Below are positions 44,519 to 55,456 of a stretch of DNA of 64,000 nucleotides, one piece after another. The stretch covers positions 4,067 to 68,066 of the forward strand of contig CAVYUE010000020.1 in NCBI GenBank assembly GCA_963771625.1. The letters run 5' to 3'. The notes beneath the pieces were generated by a model that saw only the letters and a program-made list of their open reading frames with translations, did not search any database and had not been told where the DNA came from. A program made the translations under genes and the position numbers. The DNA is from an uncultured Acidobacteriaceae bacterium (lineage in GTDB: Bacteria; Acidobacteriota; Terriglobia; Terriglobales; Acidobacteriaceae). The stretch's first letter is position 1. Every line of letters begins with the position of its first letter.

Positions 44519-45483
44519 GGGCGACGAATAGGTTCTCCGAAGAATGCGTGACGCATTGACTTGCCGGAGGCCTGCCAGCATTTCACGGTCTCATAGATGA
44601 TCACGGTCGCGTAGGTCACGGCGATCCAAAGACAGATCTCCTCGATGGGGAGTTCTCCCCATGCGGTGATACGAATCCCAAGCATTTGCTCATTGCGAAA
44701 GCTCCACCAGCCGTAGGGTATGGCGAGTGTGACCTCCCACATAAGGCTGACGAGGAGTACGAAGAAAGCTGCGAGGCTGAAGGCGCGCCAGTTAATGGCG
44801 GGTCTCGCTGATGGGAGGAGAGCCGATGAGGGAACGAGTGCGGTCAGGGTGAGAAAGATGAAATAGCCGGGGAGGCCGACCGGGGAGCTTGAGAAGTGCT
44901 TCTTGTAGATGATGGCGGCGGCGACTAGAACGACTGCAAGAATGATTGATTCGGGGTGGGGCTTGAGAAGGCGGTGGAACTGGTTCCGTTGGGCGGATTC
45001 GGTCTCGACGTTGTAGGCTGCCAGCCAGTATTCATCAAACCAGATGTAGAGGAGAAGGATGCAGAGGAAGCCAGTCAGGTAGAAGAGATACTCTTCGATG
45101 GGGACAGGAGCGCCGAGGGCCGGGGCTTTGATTCCGAGGGTGGCTGCCTCGTTGGGAAAGATGAAGAAATATCGAGCGAAGAAAAAGTCCAGGCCTGCAC
45201 CGATGGGAAAGAGCAGACCGATGGTCCAGCCAAAGCTCTTTTGAGAGATCTGTATGTCCTCTTGCGGGAGAAACCAAAGCGCGATGACGAGAATGGGGAC
45301 GATGAAGAGGAGCAGGCTGACGGTGTAGCCGTAAGGAGAGGCGCTTAGCGTCGTGGTAGTTGTCGGGTTCAGAGCAGAGAGATGCACGGTGTGAAGCGTG
45401 AGCGCGGCGGGGACCACGATCATAGCCAGCATAGTGATCACGAGCACGGAGCTGAGGCGCGGAGATCGAGAGGCGTTACGCAT
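44515..45483 (-). CDS. Membrane protein with tandem lycopene cyclase (CrtYc/d-like) domains
   Basis: Two internal repeats ending in VPIEEYLF and LPIEEICL, each preceded by a LG..I segment; multiple TMs. Confidence 0.6.
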   Translation of the reverse strand: MRNASRSPRLSSVLVITMLAMIVVPAALTLHTVHLSALNPTTTTTLSASPYGYTVSLLLFIVPILVIALWFLPQEDIQISQKSFGWTIGLLFPIGAGLDFFFARYFFIFPNEAATLGIKAPALGAPVPIEEYLFYLTGFLCILLLYIWFDEYWLAAYNVETESAQRNQFHRLLKPHPESIILAVVLVAAAIIYKKHFSSSPVGLPGYFIFLTLTALVPSSALLPSARPAINWRAFSLAAFFVLLVSLMWEVTLAIPYGWWSFRNEQMLGIRITAWGELPIEEICLWIAVTYATVIIYETVKCWQASGKSMRHAFFGEPIRRP

Positions 45484-45581
45484 GCGGGCTGCTTTCTGCG
45501 CCACCGGAGTTATGAAGTCGTAACGGCTTCGAGGAGAAGGATACGTAGCTTTGTTTTTCGAAGGCAAGTGCAGCGGCAAGA

Positions 45582-46415
45582 TTAGTCAGGATCCGCGTCG
45601 CTGGCAGCCTCCGCACTGAAGCTGCTTGCTATGGCCTGGATGAGGGCGGGGATGGTGGGTTCGGTCGCTTCGACGGTCGGGGAGTGGCCGAGGTCGCGGA
45701 GTGTACGGCTGGTGATGGGGCCGATGGAGGCCAGGAGGATGTTTGGAGGGAGGGTCAGGTTGGCTGCTTCGAGAAGGCTGATGAGGTTGGTGGCGGTGGA
45801 GGCGCTGGTGAAGGTGATGGCGTCGGGATAGGTGGTGGGTGAGCTGAAGAGCGATTGAAGAGCGGGGATGGAGTCGGGCGGGATTTGGTTGCGGTAGGCG
45901 TTGGCTATAGTGACGGTGGCTCCGGCGGCGGTGAGAGCTTCGGGGAGGATATCGCGGGCCTGCGCGGCGCGAATGAGAAGCATTTTTGCACCGACTGCGT
46001 AGGGGGTGAGTGCTGCGGCTAGTGATTCAGCGATGTATTGCGGAGGGACGAGATCGACGATGAGACCGCTGGATTGCACGGCGCGGGCGGTGGCGGGGCC
46101 TATGACGGCGATGCGTGGCATTTGTGGCTCTGTCGATGAGTACGGATGGCTGGCACGACGGGGCATCCGAGCTTGTTGGATATTCAGGCGATGGTGGAAG
46201 ACTTCGACGGCGTTGGCGCTGGTGAAGATGAGCCAGCCGTAGTTGTTGAGGTGGGCGAGGGCGGCGTCGAGGAGAGCGTAGGATTCGGGCGGGACGATCT
46301 CGATCGTGGGGATGAGGATGGGATTCGCGCCAAGGGCTTCGAGCTGGGCGGCGAGGTCGGAGGCCTGGTGACGCGTGCGTGTAATGAGGATGCGTTTGTC
46401 TTTGAGCTGGGACAT
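45582..46415 (-). CDS. hemD: Uroporphyrinogen-III synthase
   Basis: ILITR, FTSANAV, IGPATA, FTSAST, SIGPITS. Confidence 0.92.
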   Translation of the reverse strand: MSQLKDKRILITRTRHQASDLAAQLEALGANPILIPTIEIVPPESYALLDAALAHLNNYGWLIFTSANAVEVFHHRLNIQQARMPRRASHPYSSTEPQMPRIAVIGPATARAVQSSGLIVDLVPPQYIAESLAAALTPYAVGAKMLLIRAAQARDILPEALTAAGATVTIANAYRNQIPPDSIPALQSLFSSPTTYPDAITFTSASTATNLISLLEAANLTLPPNILLASIGPITSRTLRDLGHSPTVEATEPTIPALIQAIASSFSAEAASDADPD

Positions 46416-46484
46416 CTGCCAACGATTGTAGTCAGAGGGAACAACTTCGATGTCGTGCTCTGTGGAGATTATTGGTTGGAGAGC

Positions 46485-47390
46485 CTACTTCCCTTCCACG
46501 ACTCCGAAGTCGAACGAACCTGCTGCACCACCCGCGAGGATGTACTGACCTGGAGCCAGAGGCTGTTTCGGCGTTACCTCAACTGCTCGATCGGAGATTC
46601 GCTTAACGTCTGTCTCAAACTTCTTTTTGCTGGGTGCCCAGGAGTCTCTGTAGCGATCTGAGTACTTAACCTCAATCTGCCGCGCGTCGCCTTTTACGTC
46701 CAGGACGCCGATGGTGTAGATAGGCGCTTGATTGACCGTTGCGGGGAGGCAGAATCTCGGGCTGGGACCGACGACGGTGGTCGCTTCGGCACCTTTGTAT
46801 CGAAAGATCGTTGTATAACCGGCCATTGGGTTCAGGGGATTCTTGAGCTGCTCGGTGATAGATACACCGTTTCCACCGCGAGAGATGTTGGCGATTGTCA
46901 TCGGCTTCCAGGAGGACCCGTCCCAGTAGTTGCCCATTGAGTTTGGGGGACAGTCTGCCGCGGTGGTGGCGGGCTGAGGCAGGCTGGCTTGAGGTGGCGT
47001 GGCAGGGACGGCGGTGGTTGCGGCTGCCGCCGGTGAGCCGATACGGGCGAAGTTCAAGGCCGTTGGCGCGCCTTGCGTCCACATGCCGGACAGGGTGTTG
47101 CCGTCTGGGTTCATAGTGCCGATCCATGATCCGTGGACGTTGGGGACGCTGAAGCTGAGGGCCTGACCGTTGATGTGGAAGTCGGCACACTGTAGGCCGA
47201 AGAGACCCGCGTCGGGGCTGTCGACTGTACCGCTAATGGAGCCTGAGGCGGCGACGAGGTGAAGCTTGACGTGATATGGGCCAGCCATGCCCGCGTATTC
47301 GCCGGCGAAGTTAGTGGGTGTTTGCTGGGCGAGGATGGGGGCGGCAAGAAGGAACGATGCGAGCAAGAGACGCACTGTGGTCAAGATCAT
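46485..47390 (-). CDS. Secreted hypothetical protein
   Basis: Signal peptide; N-terminal beta domain (GTVDSPD..LSGMWTQG); C-terminal PLAPGQY domain. Confidence 0.7.
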   Translation of the reverse strand: MILTTVRLLLASFLLAAPILAQQTPTNFAGEYAGMAGPYHVKLHLVAASGSISGTVDSPDAGLFGLQCADFHINGQALSFSVPNVHGSWIGTMNPDGNTLSGMWTQGAPTALNFARIGSPAAAATTAVPATPPQASLPQPATTAADCPPNSMGNYWDGSSWKPMTIANISRGGNGVSITEQLKNPLNPMAGYTTIFRYKGAEATTVVGPSPRFCLPATVNQAPIYTIGVLDVKGDARQIEVKYSDRYRDSWAPSKKKFETDVKRISDRAVEVTPKQPLAPGQYILAGGAAGSFDFGVVEGK

Positions 47391-47594
47391 GACGCAGCCC
47401 TCGGAGACTTTCGTTGGGGGTGCGCTGGGCCCGGCGCTGCGAAAAACGTTAGCGTTCCCGGAGATGTATGTCAATAGACAGGCGTTTGAGTGATTAAAGA
47501 AGCGGAGTTCTGGTGGGCCGCATCTGTGGGCTTCGCTGGTACTTTGACTTTGCTGGAGTTACAAGCCTAGGATGCCGCGCAATGAGGTGACATT

Positions 47595-47885
47595 ATGCCA
47601 ACTTACGTTTCACTTTGCCGCTGGACGACACAAGGGGCGCACAACATCAAAGAGAGTCCAGCGAGGCTAGATGCTGCGAAGAAAGGCTTCGCGGCTGACG
47701 GCGTCAAGATCCTTCACTTCTTTATGACGACGGGGACGCATGACATGGTCATCATCTCCGAAGCGCCGAATGATGAAGTACTGGCGAAGGCGATGCTTAC
47801 GCAGATTTCAAAGGGAGGTATCACCACGCAGACTTCGCGGGCCTTCACAGAGGATGAGTACCGGGCCATCATCGGCGGTCTCTAG
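47595..47885 (+). CDS. GYD domain protein
   Basis: WTTQG..IKESPAR, GTHDMV, TQTSRAF. Confidence 0.85.
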   Translation: MPTYVSLCRWTTQGAHNIKESPARLDAAKKGFAADGVKILHFFMTTGTHDMVIISEAPNDEVLAKAMLTQISKGGITTQTSRAFTEDEYRAIIGGL

Positions 47886-48062
47886 GAGTGCCGTTTTGAT
47901 GTTGCGATCACTGTTGCTTTCGTGATTGCAATGATGGCGGTGAGGTAGCAACGAGGATGTGCTTGCCGTCGGGTTCCATAACGGGACCCGATATTACTTT
48001 TGGACTGTTACGAACGACTTCCGGGCCGATAGGAAAACTATTGATTGCCTAGAGGTCCCTCT

Positions 48063-50339
48063 GTGAACCGTGCTTCGAAGATAGTCTTACTCCTCTCCAC
48101 GTGCTTAGCGGGTAGTTACCCCTACGAACTACTTGCATCGGATGTCTCGGCTGGGCACCCGGCTAACTCCGGTTGCGTTGGAGTTACTGACAAGAATGCA
48201 GATAGTAGTTTTGCGGCTGTAAGTGGGGCTTGCCATGTGGGAGAAGCTAAGCCGGAGGCGATACTCGCTGCAGCGACGGGAAGCGAACATAAGCTAACGA
48301 CGGATTTACCGAATGATGCAACTCCCTCAACGGATTTGAAGGCCCCCGGTGTTGCCGGCGTGTTGAGAACGACGATCAAGGTAGAAGGAAGACCAAACAA
48401 TATCGACACAACGGAGGGATTTGAGCGGAGGATCGGCGAGAAGGAGATCGAGGAATCAGCAGGTACGTTCGGAGATCCGTCGAGGTTTATGCAAATGCTG
48501 CCAGGTGTGGTCTCTGACAACGATCAGTACAACGACTTTATCGTTCGCGGAGGAAACCCGGATGAGACTCTATTTCTTGTCGATAACATCGAGGTCCCTT
48601 CGATCAATCAGCTTGCTCTCTCCGATACAACTGGTGGGTTCGTGTCGATGATCGATAATGCTGCGATCCAGAAGATGACGCTGCATACCGATGCTTACGA
48701 CAGCAAGTATGACCAGCGCCTGTCTTCGATTGTGGAGTTCTCTACGAGGCCCGAAGGTAAGACGGTGGCACACTCAGAGTCAGAGCTTGGCATCGCCGGC
48801 GCGGGTGGGTCGAGGAACGTGCCGTGGGGAGACGATGGATCGCTGTTTGTGTCTGCTCGTCGGAGCATCTTGAATCTAATGACGGATGATATCGGGCTCA
48901 ACGGAGTGCCTATCTATTCGAATGCCTTGATCAGGGCTGACAAGCGCGTGGATGACAGGAATAACTGGTGGGGTTTGTCGCTGACGGGGATCGACTCGAT
49001 CAAGATTCATCCGAGCCCAACAGATTCATTTGAGACAAATCCTTACAATATTCATTACCAAGGATGGAGGAATACCACTGGCATCAACTGGCAACATGTA
49101 CTTTCGAATCGGTCGTTTGATGTTCTTAGTTTGAGTAACTCGGAGCAGTCGCAGTCGGTGTTGGAAGATGCGCAGTTACTAGATGACACGTCAATTTATT
49201 CGGAGAATACCAGAGACGGTGTAACTACTCTTAAGTACGACTGGACTATGCAAGCGAAGCAATGGCTGACACTGACTTCGGGCGCGCGTGGGTCGGTCGA
49301 TCGTTTGAACTACCGTGTGGATCAGCCGCTGGGTTTGCAGAATCCTTACAGCGAGGATCCGGCTCCACTGGATGCGATGTCTCTGGACCGGAGATTCGCG
49401 GCCTTTTCCTCGGCGGCATATGGGCAAGCGAGCGTACTGCTACCGCATGGGATGAAGTTTGTCGCAGGAGAACGAATTTCGCAGTGGGCTATCATTGGAA
49501 GCACGATCTGGACGCCAAAGGCGCTCTTTATGGCTCCTGTTCTGGGTAGGCTGATCCATATGGGATATGCCGAGTACGCTCAGCTGCCGCCAAATCTCTA
49601 TCTTGTTTCGTTTACGAACCAGCAGACACTGAAGCCTATTCGTTCGAGGCAGATTACTGCGGGTATGGATGTGGTTCGGAGTTCTCGTTTCGAGATGTCG
49701 GTGGAGGGATACCACAAACGCTATCTGGACTATCCTGTAGCAACTAACTATCCAGAGCTCTCTTTGGCGAATATTGCAGATACATTCGGGCAGGCGTTCC
49801 TGCTGTTTCCGATGACGAGTCAGGGGTTGGGGCTTGCGCAGGGCGCGGAGTTGTCTGTTCGCTACAAACCAGCGTCGGTATTCACATTTACGAGTGCGAT
49901 GACTTATTCGAGGAGTTGGTACTCGGGGCTGGATGGAGTACTGCGGCGCGGTAACTACGACTTACCGTTTGTCGCAAATATTGCGGGGACTCTTAACCTA
50001 CATAAGAGTATGGTACTTTCTTCCCGGTATAGCCAAACCTCCGGGAGACCTTATACGCCGGACAACATCGAACTCAGCGACGCACAGGATCGGGACGTCT
50101 ATGACTTGAGCAAGATTAATGCAGCCAGGTCTGCGGCGTACCACCGGCTCGATTTCAGGTTGGAGCAGAGTCAACTTATGCGAAGAGGTGTGTTTACCTG
50201 GCATGTTGGGTTGGAGAATGCGTTAGGGTCAAGCAACTTCTACTCGAATCAGTGGCGGCCGCGAGCAGGTGATCTCGGTGTCCTTGAGCAGGATCAGATG
50301 CCAAGATTTCCGGATGGCGGCGTCAAGTATGCGTTTTGA
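48063..50339 (+). CDS. TonB-dependent receptor
   Basis: Plug motifs LPGV, IVRGG, YDQRLSS; beta barrel with RLDFRL; terminal Phe. Confidence 0.85.
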   Translation: MNRASKIVLLLSTCLAGSYPYELLASDVSAGHPANSGCVGVTDKNADSSFAAVSGACHVGEAKPEAILAAATGSEHKLTTDLPNDATPSTDLKAPGVAGVLRTTIKVEGRPNNIDTTEGFERRIGEKEIEESAGTFGDPSRFMQMLPGVVSDNDQYNDFIVRGGNPDETLFLVDNIEVPSINQLALSDTTGGFVSMIDNAAIQKMTLHTDAYDSKYDQRLSSIVEFSTRPEGKTVAHSESELGIAGAGGSRNVPWGDDGSLFVSARRSILNLMTDDIGLNGVPIYSNALIRADKRVDDRNNWWGLSLTGIDSIKIHPSPTDSFETNPYNIHYQGWRNTTGINWQHVLSNRSFDVLSLSNSEQSQSVLEDAQLLDDTSIYSENTRDGVTTLKYDWTMQAKQWLTLTSGARGSVDRLNYRVDQPLGLQNPYSEDPAPLDAMSLDRRFAAFSSAAYGQASVLLPHGMKFVAGERISQWAIIGSTIWTPKALFMAPVLGRLIHMGYAEYAQLPPNLYLVSFTNQQTLKPIRSRQITAGMDVVRSSRFEMSVEGYHKRYLDYPVATNYPELSLANIADTFGQAFLLFPMTSQGLGLAQGAELSVRYKPASVFTFTSAMTYSRSWYSGLDGVLRRGNYDLPFVANIAGTLNLHKSMVLSSRYSQTSGRPYTPDNIELSDAQDRDVYDLSKINAARSAAYHRLDFRLEQSQLMRRGVFTWHVGLENALGSSNFYSNQWRPRAGDLGVLEQDQMPRFPDGGVKYAF

Positions 50340-50371
50340 GATGCCGGTGGAGGACGTTGCGTTTGCGAAAC

Positions 50372-50407
50372 AAAGCCATGCCGATCTATGACGATCGGCA
50401 TGGCTTT
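50372..50407. terminator. Bidirectional terminator
   Basis: Perfect 15-bp stem AAAGCCATGCCGATC/GATCGGCATGGCTTT between convergent genes. Confidence 0.85.
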
Positions 50408-50436
50408 AAGTGCGGTGGAAGTGTGGTATTTACTGG

Positions 50437-51595
50437 TTATGCAGCGTGGGGATGGAGAATGACTTTAGTCCAGCCTTCGTCGCGATTGTCGAAGTGTTTG
50501 TAGGCGTTGGGAGCTTCGGCTAGCGGAAGCTCGTGAGAGATGATGAAGGATGGGTTCGCCTTGCCGTGGTGGATGAGATCCATGAGGCGACGATTGTAGG
50601 CTTTGACGTTGCATTGTCCAGTGCCCATCTTCTGTCCCTTGAACCAGAACTTACCCATGTCGAAGGCGATCTGTCCCTTCTTTTCGAGCATGTCGTCGGC
50701 CTTGGGGTCTTGTGGGATGAAGACGCCGACCACGCCGAGGGTACCAGTAGCTTTGACGGCGTCGACGAGGGCATTCATAACCATATTGGGGACCTCTTTG
50801 CCCTTTGAGTTGTGGCACTGGTAGCCGATGCACTCAGCACCGCAGTCGGCGCCGAGGCCGTTGGTGAGTTCGCGGATTTGTTCGGCGACATCGTCGTTGG
50901 CCGAGTTGATGGGGGTGGCACCAAGTTGTTTGGCCAAGGCGAGGCGATCGGATTTATGGTCGACGACGAAGATCTGGCTGGCTCCTTGTATCTTGGCCGA
51001 CATCGCTGCCATGAGGCCAACGGGACCGGCTCCATAGATGAGGATGGATTCGCCGGGCTTGAGATCGGCGAGACGAGTGGAGTGCCAGCCGGTGGGAAAG
51101 ATGTCGGAGAGCATGACGTAGTCTTTTTCTTTTTCTGTGGCGTCGGAGGGGAGCTTGAGACAGTTGAAGTCGGCGTAGGGGACGCGGAGGTACTCGGCCT
51201 GGCCGCCGGAGTAGGGGCCCATACCGGCGAATCCGTAGGCGGCGCCAGCCATTCCAGGCATAACGGATGGGATCGGCGCAGGTGAGACAGAAACCGGTGA
51301 GACCGCGCTCACAGTTGGCGCAGAAGCCGCAGCCGATGTTGAAGGGGAGGACGACCTTGTCGCCTTTTTTGATGCTGTCGACTGCTTTACCGACCTCGAC
51401 AACTTCGCCGAGGTTTTCGTGGCCGAGAATCTTTCCTTTTTCAACGTCGGTGCGGCCTTCATACATATGGAGGTCGGAGCCACAGATGTTGGTGGTGGTG
51501 AGCTTGATGATGACGTCGGTCTGCTTCTCGAGTTTCGAGTCTGGGACTGAGTCGATGCTTACTTTTTTGGGGCCGTGATAGACGAGTGCTTTCAT
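50437..51595 (-). CDS. Glutathione-independent formaldehyde dehydrogenase-like zinc dehydrogenase; frameshift near 51265
   Basis: ICGSDLHMY, GHEN, CGFCANC..C, LSDIFPTGW, GAGPVG, GQCNVK. Confidence 0.88.
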
Positions 51596-51887
51596 CGATA
51601 ATTCCTTTCGGGAAAGGCTGTGGCTGCATTTGGACGCAGCATGGGGCGGACGCATGGAACTCGCCCGTGAATAAAGACGAAGTTTTGGGGCTTGCTGAAC
51701 GTGCCGTGCTGATGCTCTGCCTGTCTGCTCCTGCGGATCGGGCACAGAGGAAAGTGAATGACACTCTCGGCTTACGGAGAGACTGGATGCGGTGACGACG
51801 CGATCAGTCACCGGATATAGAGAGTAGATGCGGTTGCGATGTCGGGGGTTGGGTTGGTGCGATGGCTGGTTTGAACGGAGCATTCGC

Positions 51888-51921
51888 AAAACGGCTCCCA
51901 CTGTAACTGGGAGCCGTTTTT
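51888..51921. terminator. Rho-independent terminator after hemC
   Basis: AAAACGGCTCCCA/TGGGAGCCGTTTT stem. Confidence 0.85.
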
Positions 51922-51975
51922 GTTGAAATAGCGGTATTCGGGTTATGGAGTGCTGATACGAGACGATGCCGTTCG

Positions 51976-52959
51976 TTAGACAGCAGTGGAGGAGAGTAGG
52001 TCGAGTGCGCCCTGGGATTTAAGGTCGTCCGCGGCGCGATTGCCCAAGGTGATGGGATCACTGTTGTAATGGGCTTCGGTGTCGAGCTGAACCATAGCTT
52101 CGCCATCGGGCGCGACGACCTGGGCGATCATGCGCCACTTTCCGGATTCGTCGGTCGGGGGAATGCAGTGGGCGCCGATGGGGAGGGAGCAGCCTCCACC
52201 GAGGGCATCGAGTGTGGTGCGTTCGGCATCGATGGCGAAGCGAGTGTGGGGATGTTCGAGGAAGGCGATGGCGTTGCGGATGTACGTGTCGCGCGCCTCA
52301 TCGATGGGGTACTCAGGGCTGCGAGTTTCGAGTGCGAGGGCACCTTGGCCGGGAGCGGGACACATCTCGGTGGGACAGAAGCGCTGGTGGACCCATTCGG
52401 CTCGCTTGAGGCGGTCAAGGCCAGCGGCTGCGAGTACGAGCGCATCGCATTGTCCGGCTGCAAGCTTTTTTAGGCGGGTGTCGATGTTGCCTCGGACTTC
52501 CACAAAGGTGACATCGGGGCGGAGGGCCAGGATTTGGGCTCGGCGACGTGGGCTGGTAGTGCCGATGCGGCCTCCAGTGGGAAGAGTGTGAAGGGCCCAG
52601 TAGGGTTCGCAGACCCAGACGTCGCGGGCGTCGGCGCGCTTGGGAATTGCAGCAAGGGTGAACTGTGGAGCGAGCTTAGTCGGGAGATCTTTGAGTGAAT
52701 GAACGGCCAGGTCGATGCGGCCTTCTTCGAGGGCTTCCTCGATTTCTTTGATAAAGATGCCTTTTCCGTCGAGGTTTGGCGGCGCGACGAATCCGGGTTG
52801 CTGCATGCGGTCGCCAGTGGTGCGGATGACTTCGAGTTCAACGTGATAGCCGGCATCGCGCAAGGCGTAGAGGATGTGATTGGCCTGCCAGAGAGCAAGC
52901 TGCGAGCCTCGGCTACCGATTCGGATGGGGTTGCGTGGATTATTGTGTTCGGAGCTCAT
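51976..52959 (-). CDS. hemC: Hydroxymethylbilane synthase (porphobilinogen deaminase)
   Basis: GSRGSQLALWQ, AVHSLKD, RGNIDTRL, LGGGCSLP. Confidence 0.97.
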   Translation of the reverse strand: MSSEHNNPRNPIRIGSRGSQLALWQANHILYALRDAGYHVELEVIRTTGDRMQQPGFVAPPNLDGKGIFIKEIEEALEEGRIDLAVHSLKDLPTKLAPQFTLAAIPKRADARDVWVCEPYWALHTLPTGGRIGTTSPRRRAQILALRPDVTFVEVRGNIDTRLKKLAAGQCDALVLAAAGLDRLKRAEWVHQRFCPTEMCPAPGQGALALETRSPEYPIDEARDTYIRNAIAFLEHPHTRFAIDAERTTLDALGGGCSLPIGAHCIPPTDESGKWRMIAQVVAPDGEAMVQLDTEAHYNSDPITLGNRAADDLKSQGALDLLSSTAV

Positions 52960-53114
52960 AGTCGTTTACTAGGATACGGGATGGCGCGCGATTGGTTCGA
53001 CGCTGGAGATGAGAAGCTTCGAGGAGGCGCACAGCTTGAGGATTTTTCGTTCGGAGACGCTACAATAGAAGGGTAGATTCTGCCTAATTTGCCGCAGAGA
53101 TCTCCTCTCTCACG

Positions 53115-54335
53115 ATGCCAAGCTGCAGTACAGAAGTGACAGGACAAGACGTCGGCGTTGATCGCAGCTTAACGTTGCGGATACTCCCGGTCGTTGGATT
53201 CACCTTCGTCGCGTACCTCTGCATTGGCGTTCCGCTTTCGATTTTGCCCAGCTATGTTCATCACAAATATGGTGTAAATGCCGCATTTGCAGGGCTTCTG
53301 GTAAGTCTTCAATATATTGCGACGTTTGCGAGCAGACCACGCGCGGGGCATATGGCGGACACGATTGGACCGAGAAGGACGGTTCGATACGGGCTGCTGT
53401 CGTGCGCGGCGAGCGGCGGATTTGTGCTGCTGGCAGCAATTCTGCATCGATCTTTTGGTTTGAGTTTGTTGAGTCTCGCGTTGAGTCGGCTTGCTCTTGG
53501 GGTTGGCGAAAGCATGAGTTCGACTGGCGCAATTATGTGGGGGATTGGCCGGGTCGGTGTGGCGAATACGGCAAGGGTAATCTCCTGGAACGGCGTGGCT
53601 ACCTATGGGGCGCTGGCGATAGGGGCGCCGTTGGGAGCGATCCTGGAGCAGAGGTGGGGTTTTTCGTCGGTGGGGATTCTGGTGCTGGTGGTGTGTGTCG
53701 TGAGCTATGTGGCAGCGACGCGGATGGCGCCCACGAAGATCTATCACGCCGAGGCGGTGCCGAAGCGGCAGATCCTGATTGGAGTGACACCGTACGGTCT
53801 GACGTTGGCGTTTGGGAGCATGGGATTCGGCGTGATTGCGACCTTCATTACGCTGTACTTCGCGCAATTGAATTGGCAGGGCGCGGCACTGTGTTTGACG
53901 ATCTATGGGGTCGCGTTTGCCGCGGTGCGGCTGACGTGTTCGGGGCTGATCGACCGTTTTGGCGGATTTCCGGTTGCAACAGTATCGTTCGTGATTGAAG
54001 CGGCGGGCTTGATTTTGCTTGCGTTGGGGCATACGCAGACGCTTGCTTATGTGGGAAGCGGATTAACCGGCGTTGGCTTTTCGCTTATCTTTCCAGCACT
54101 CGGCGTGGAGGCGGCGAATGCGTTTCCGGCGTCAGTCCGAGGATCGGTGCTGGGTCTCTATTCGGCCTTCGTGGACTTCTCTCTCTTTCTCACCGGGCCT
54201 GCAGCAGGGATAGTGATCAGCAGTTACGGATATTCGACTGTGTTTCTAGGCGCGGCTGGGGCTGTGTTTCTCGCACTCGGCGGGACGATCTGGCTCGCTT
54301 CACGGGCGAGATCGCAGGGGATCACTAGCTCGTAG
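53115..54335 (+). CDS. MFS transporter (YhhS-like)
   Basis: About 12 TMs; SRPRAGHMADTIGPR, ISWNGVATYG, PALGVE. Confidence 0.88.
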   Translation: MPSCSTEVTGQDVGVDRSLTLRILPVVGFTFVAYLCIGVPLSILPSYVHHKYGVNAAFAGLLVSLQYIATFASRPRAGHMADTIGPRRTVRYGLLSCAASGGFVLLAAILHRSFGLSLLSLALSRLALGVGESMSSTGAIMWGIGRVGVANTARVISWNGVATYGALAIGAPLGAILEQRWGFSSVGILVLVVCVVSYVAATRMAPTKIYHAEAVPKRQILIGVTPYGLTLAFGSMGFGVIATFITLYFAQLNWQGAALCLTIYGVAFAAVRLTCSGLIDRFGGFPVATVSFVIEAAGLILLALGHTQTLAYVGSGLTGVGFSLIFPALGVEAANAFPASVRGSVLGLYSAFVDFSLFLTGPAAGIVISSYGYSTVFLGAAGAVFLALGGTIWLASRARSQGITSS

Positions 54336-54375
54336 GGAGTAGCAGAAGGATCATGGCGATTCGCGTTAGCGCTGA

Positions 54376-55320
54376 TCAGGTTGCGCTGCCGTTGGAGATG
54401 GTAATTACTACTTTGCCGTAACCGAGTTTTTGTGGAATTGATTTGGCGTAGGCCTTTGCGGAGTCTTCAAATGGAACGGCAGCGTTGACGAATGTTTTCA
54501 GGAAACCGGCGTCGATCAGTTTTGCTATTTCGATGAGCTGCTTCCGGTTTGGTTCGACGATGAAGTAGTTTTCCTTGATGCGCGGATCGGTGCTGCCCTC
54601 GCCGTCGGCGGCAATTGTGATCATTCGCCCTGATGATTTCAGAACAGGCCAGGAGAGGTCGCGAGTCTGGCCGCCTACCGTGTCGAAGACGACGTCAACC
54701 GGTTGAACGATGACGTCCTGAAACCGTGTCTTTGTATAGTCGATCACTTCGTTCGCGCCAAGACGCTTGATTCGATCGACGTTCGGAGTGGAGGTGGTCG
54801 CGATGACATAGGCTCCGTGCCGTCGAGCGAGTTGGACAGCGAAGATTCCCACGCCGCCTGCCGCGCCCTGCACCAGAACACGTTCGTTTGGCTGGAGGTT
54901 CCCGTGATCGAAGAGACCCTGCCATGCAGTCAACGCCCCGATAGGAATAGTCGCGGCCTCATCGTAACTAATGCTGGTTGGTTTGGGAGCGATGTTGGAA
55001 GGCTGAGTTACGCAGAACTCTGCGGTTGCTCCATCGGCAAACCAATCGTTCATGCCGTAGACACTCTGGCCAACCGCGAGGTCTTTCACGTTTGAGCCGA
55101 TCGCCGCGATGATGCCGGAGAATTCGTGGCCGGGGATGGCGTTCGTGCGTGCGTCACCGCTTTTCTGGTGGGTTGTTGGATACCAACCCAGCTCGGTCGT
55201 TGTCACGCCTGCTGCATATACGCGAATCAAAACATCTTCCCTGCCTGGCGTTGGCTGAGGAGTCTCAGCAGCATAGAGAGTCAAACCATGCGGTGATTCT
55301 CGGACCTGCATTGCTTTCAT
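54376..55320 (-). CDS. NADP-dependent quinone oxidoreductase-like MDR protein
   Basis: PGHEFSG, GAAGGVGIFAVQLA, VFDTVGG, GKVVI. Confidence 0.88.
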   Translation of the reverse strand: MKAMQVRESPHGLTLYAAETPQPTPGREDVLIRVYAAGVTTTELGWYPTTHQKSGDARTNAIPGHEFSGIIAAIGSNVKDLAVGQSVYGMNDWFADGATAEFCVTQPSNIAPKPTSISYDEAATIPIGALTAWQGLFDHGNLQPNERVLVQGAAGGVGIFAVQLARRHGAYVIATTSTPNVDRIKRLGANEVIDYTKTRFQDVIVQPVDVVFDTVGGQTRDLSWPVLKSSGRMITIAADGEGSTDPRIKENYFIVEPNRKQLIEIAKLIDAGFLKTFVNAAVPFEDSAKAYAKSIPQKLGYGKVVITISNGSAT

Positions 55321-55456
55321 ACGCCACCTCACCTCAGTCTTTATTTTTTAAAGCGATGACGGCTCTTCGAATCCGGCGGTTCGCAAGCGGTCAATTGCAC
55401 AGATGTGTGCGGGCAGCGGCCGGTTGCAGGTTTTTGCGATTCTAGGCCCGAGTGAG

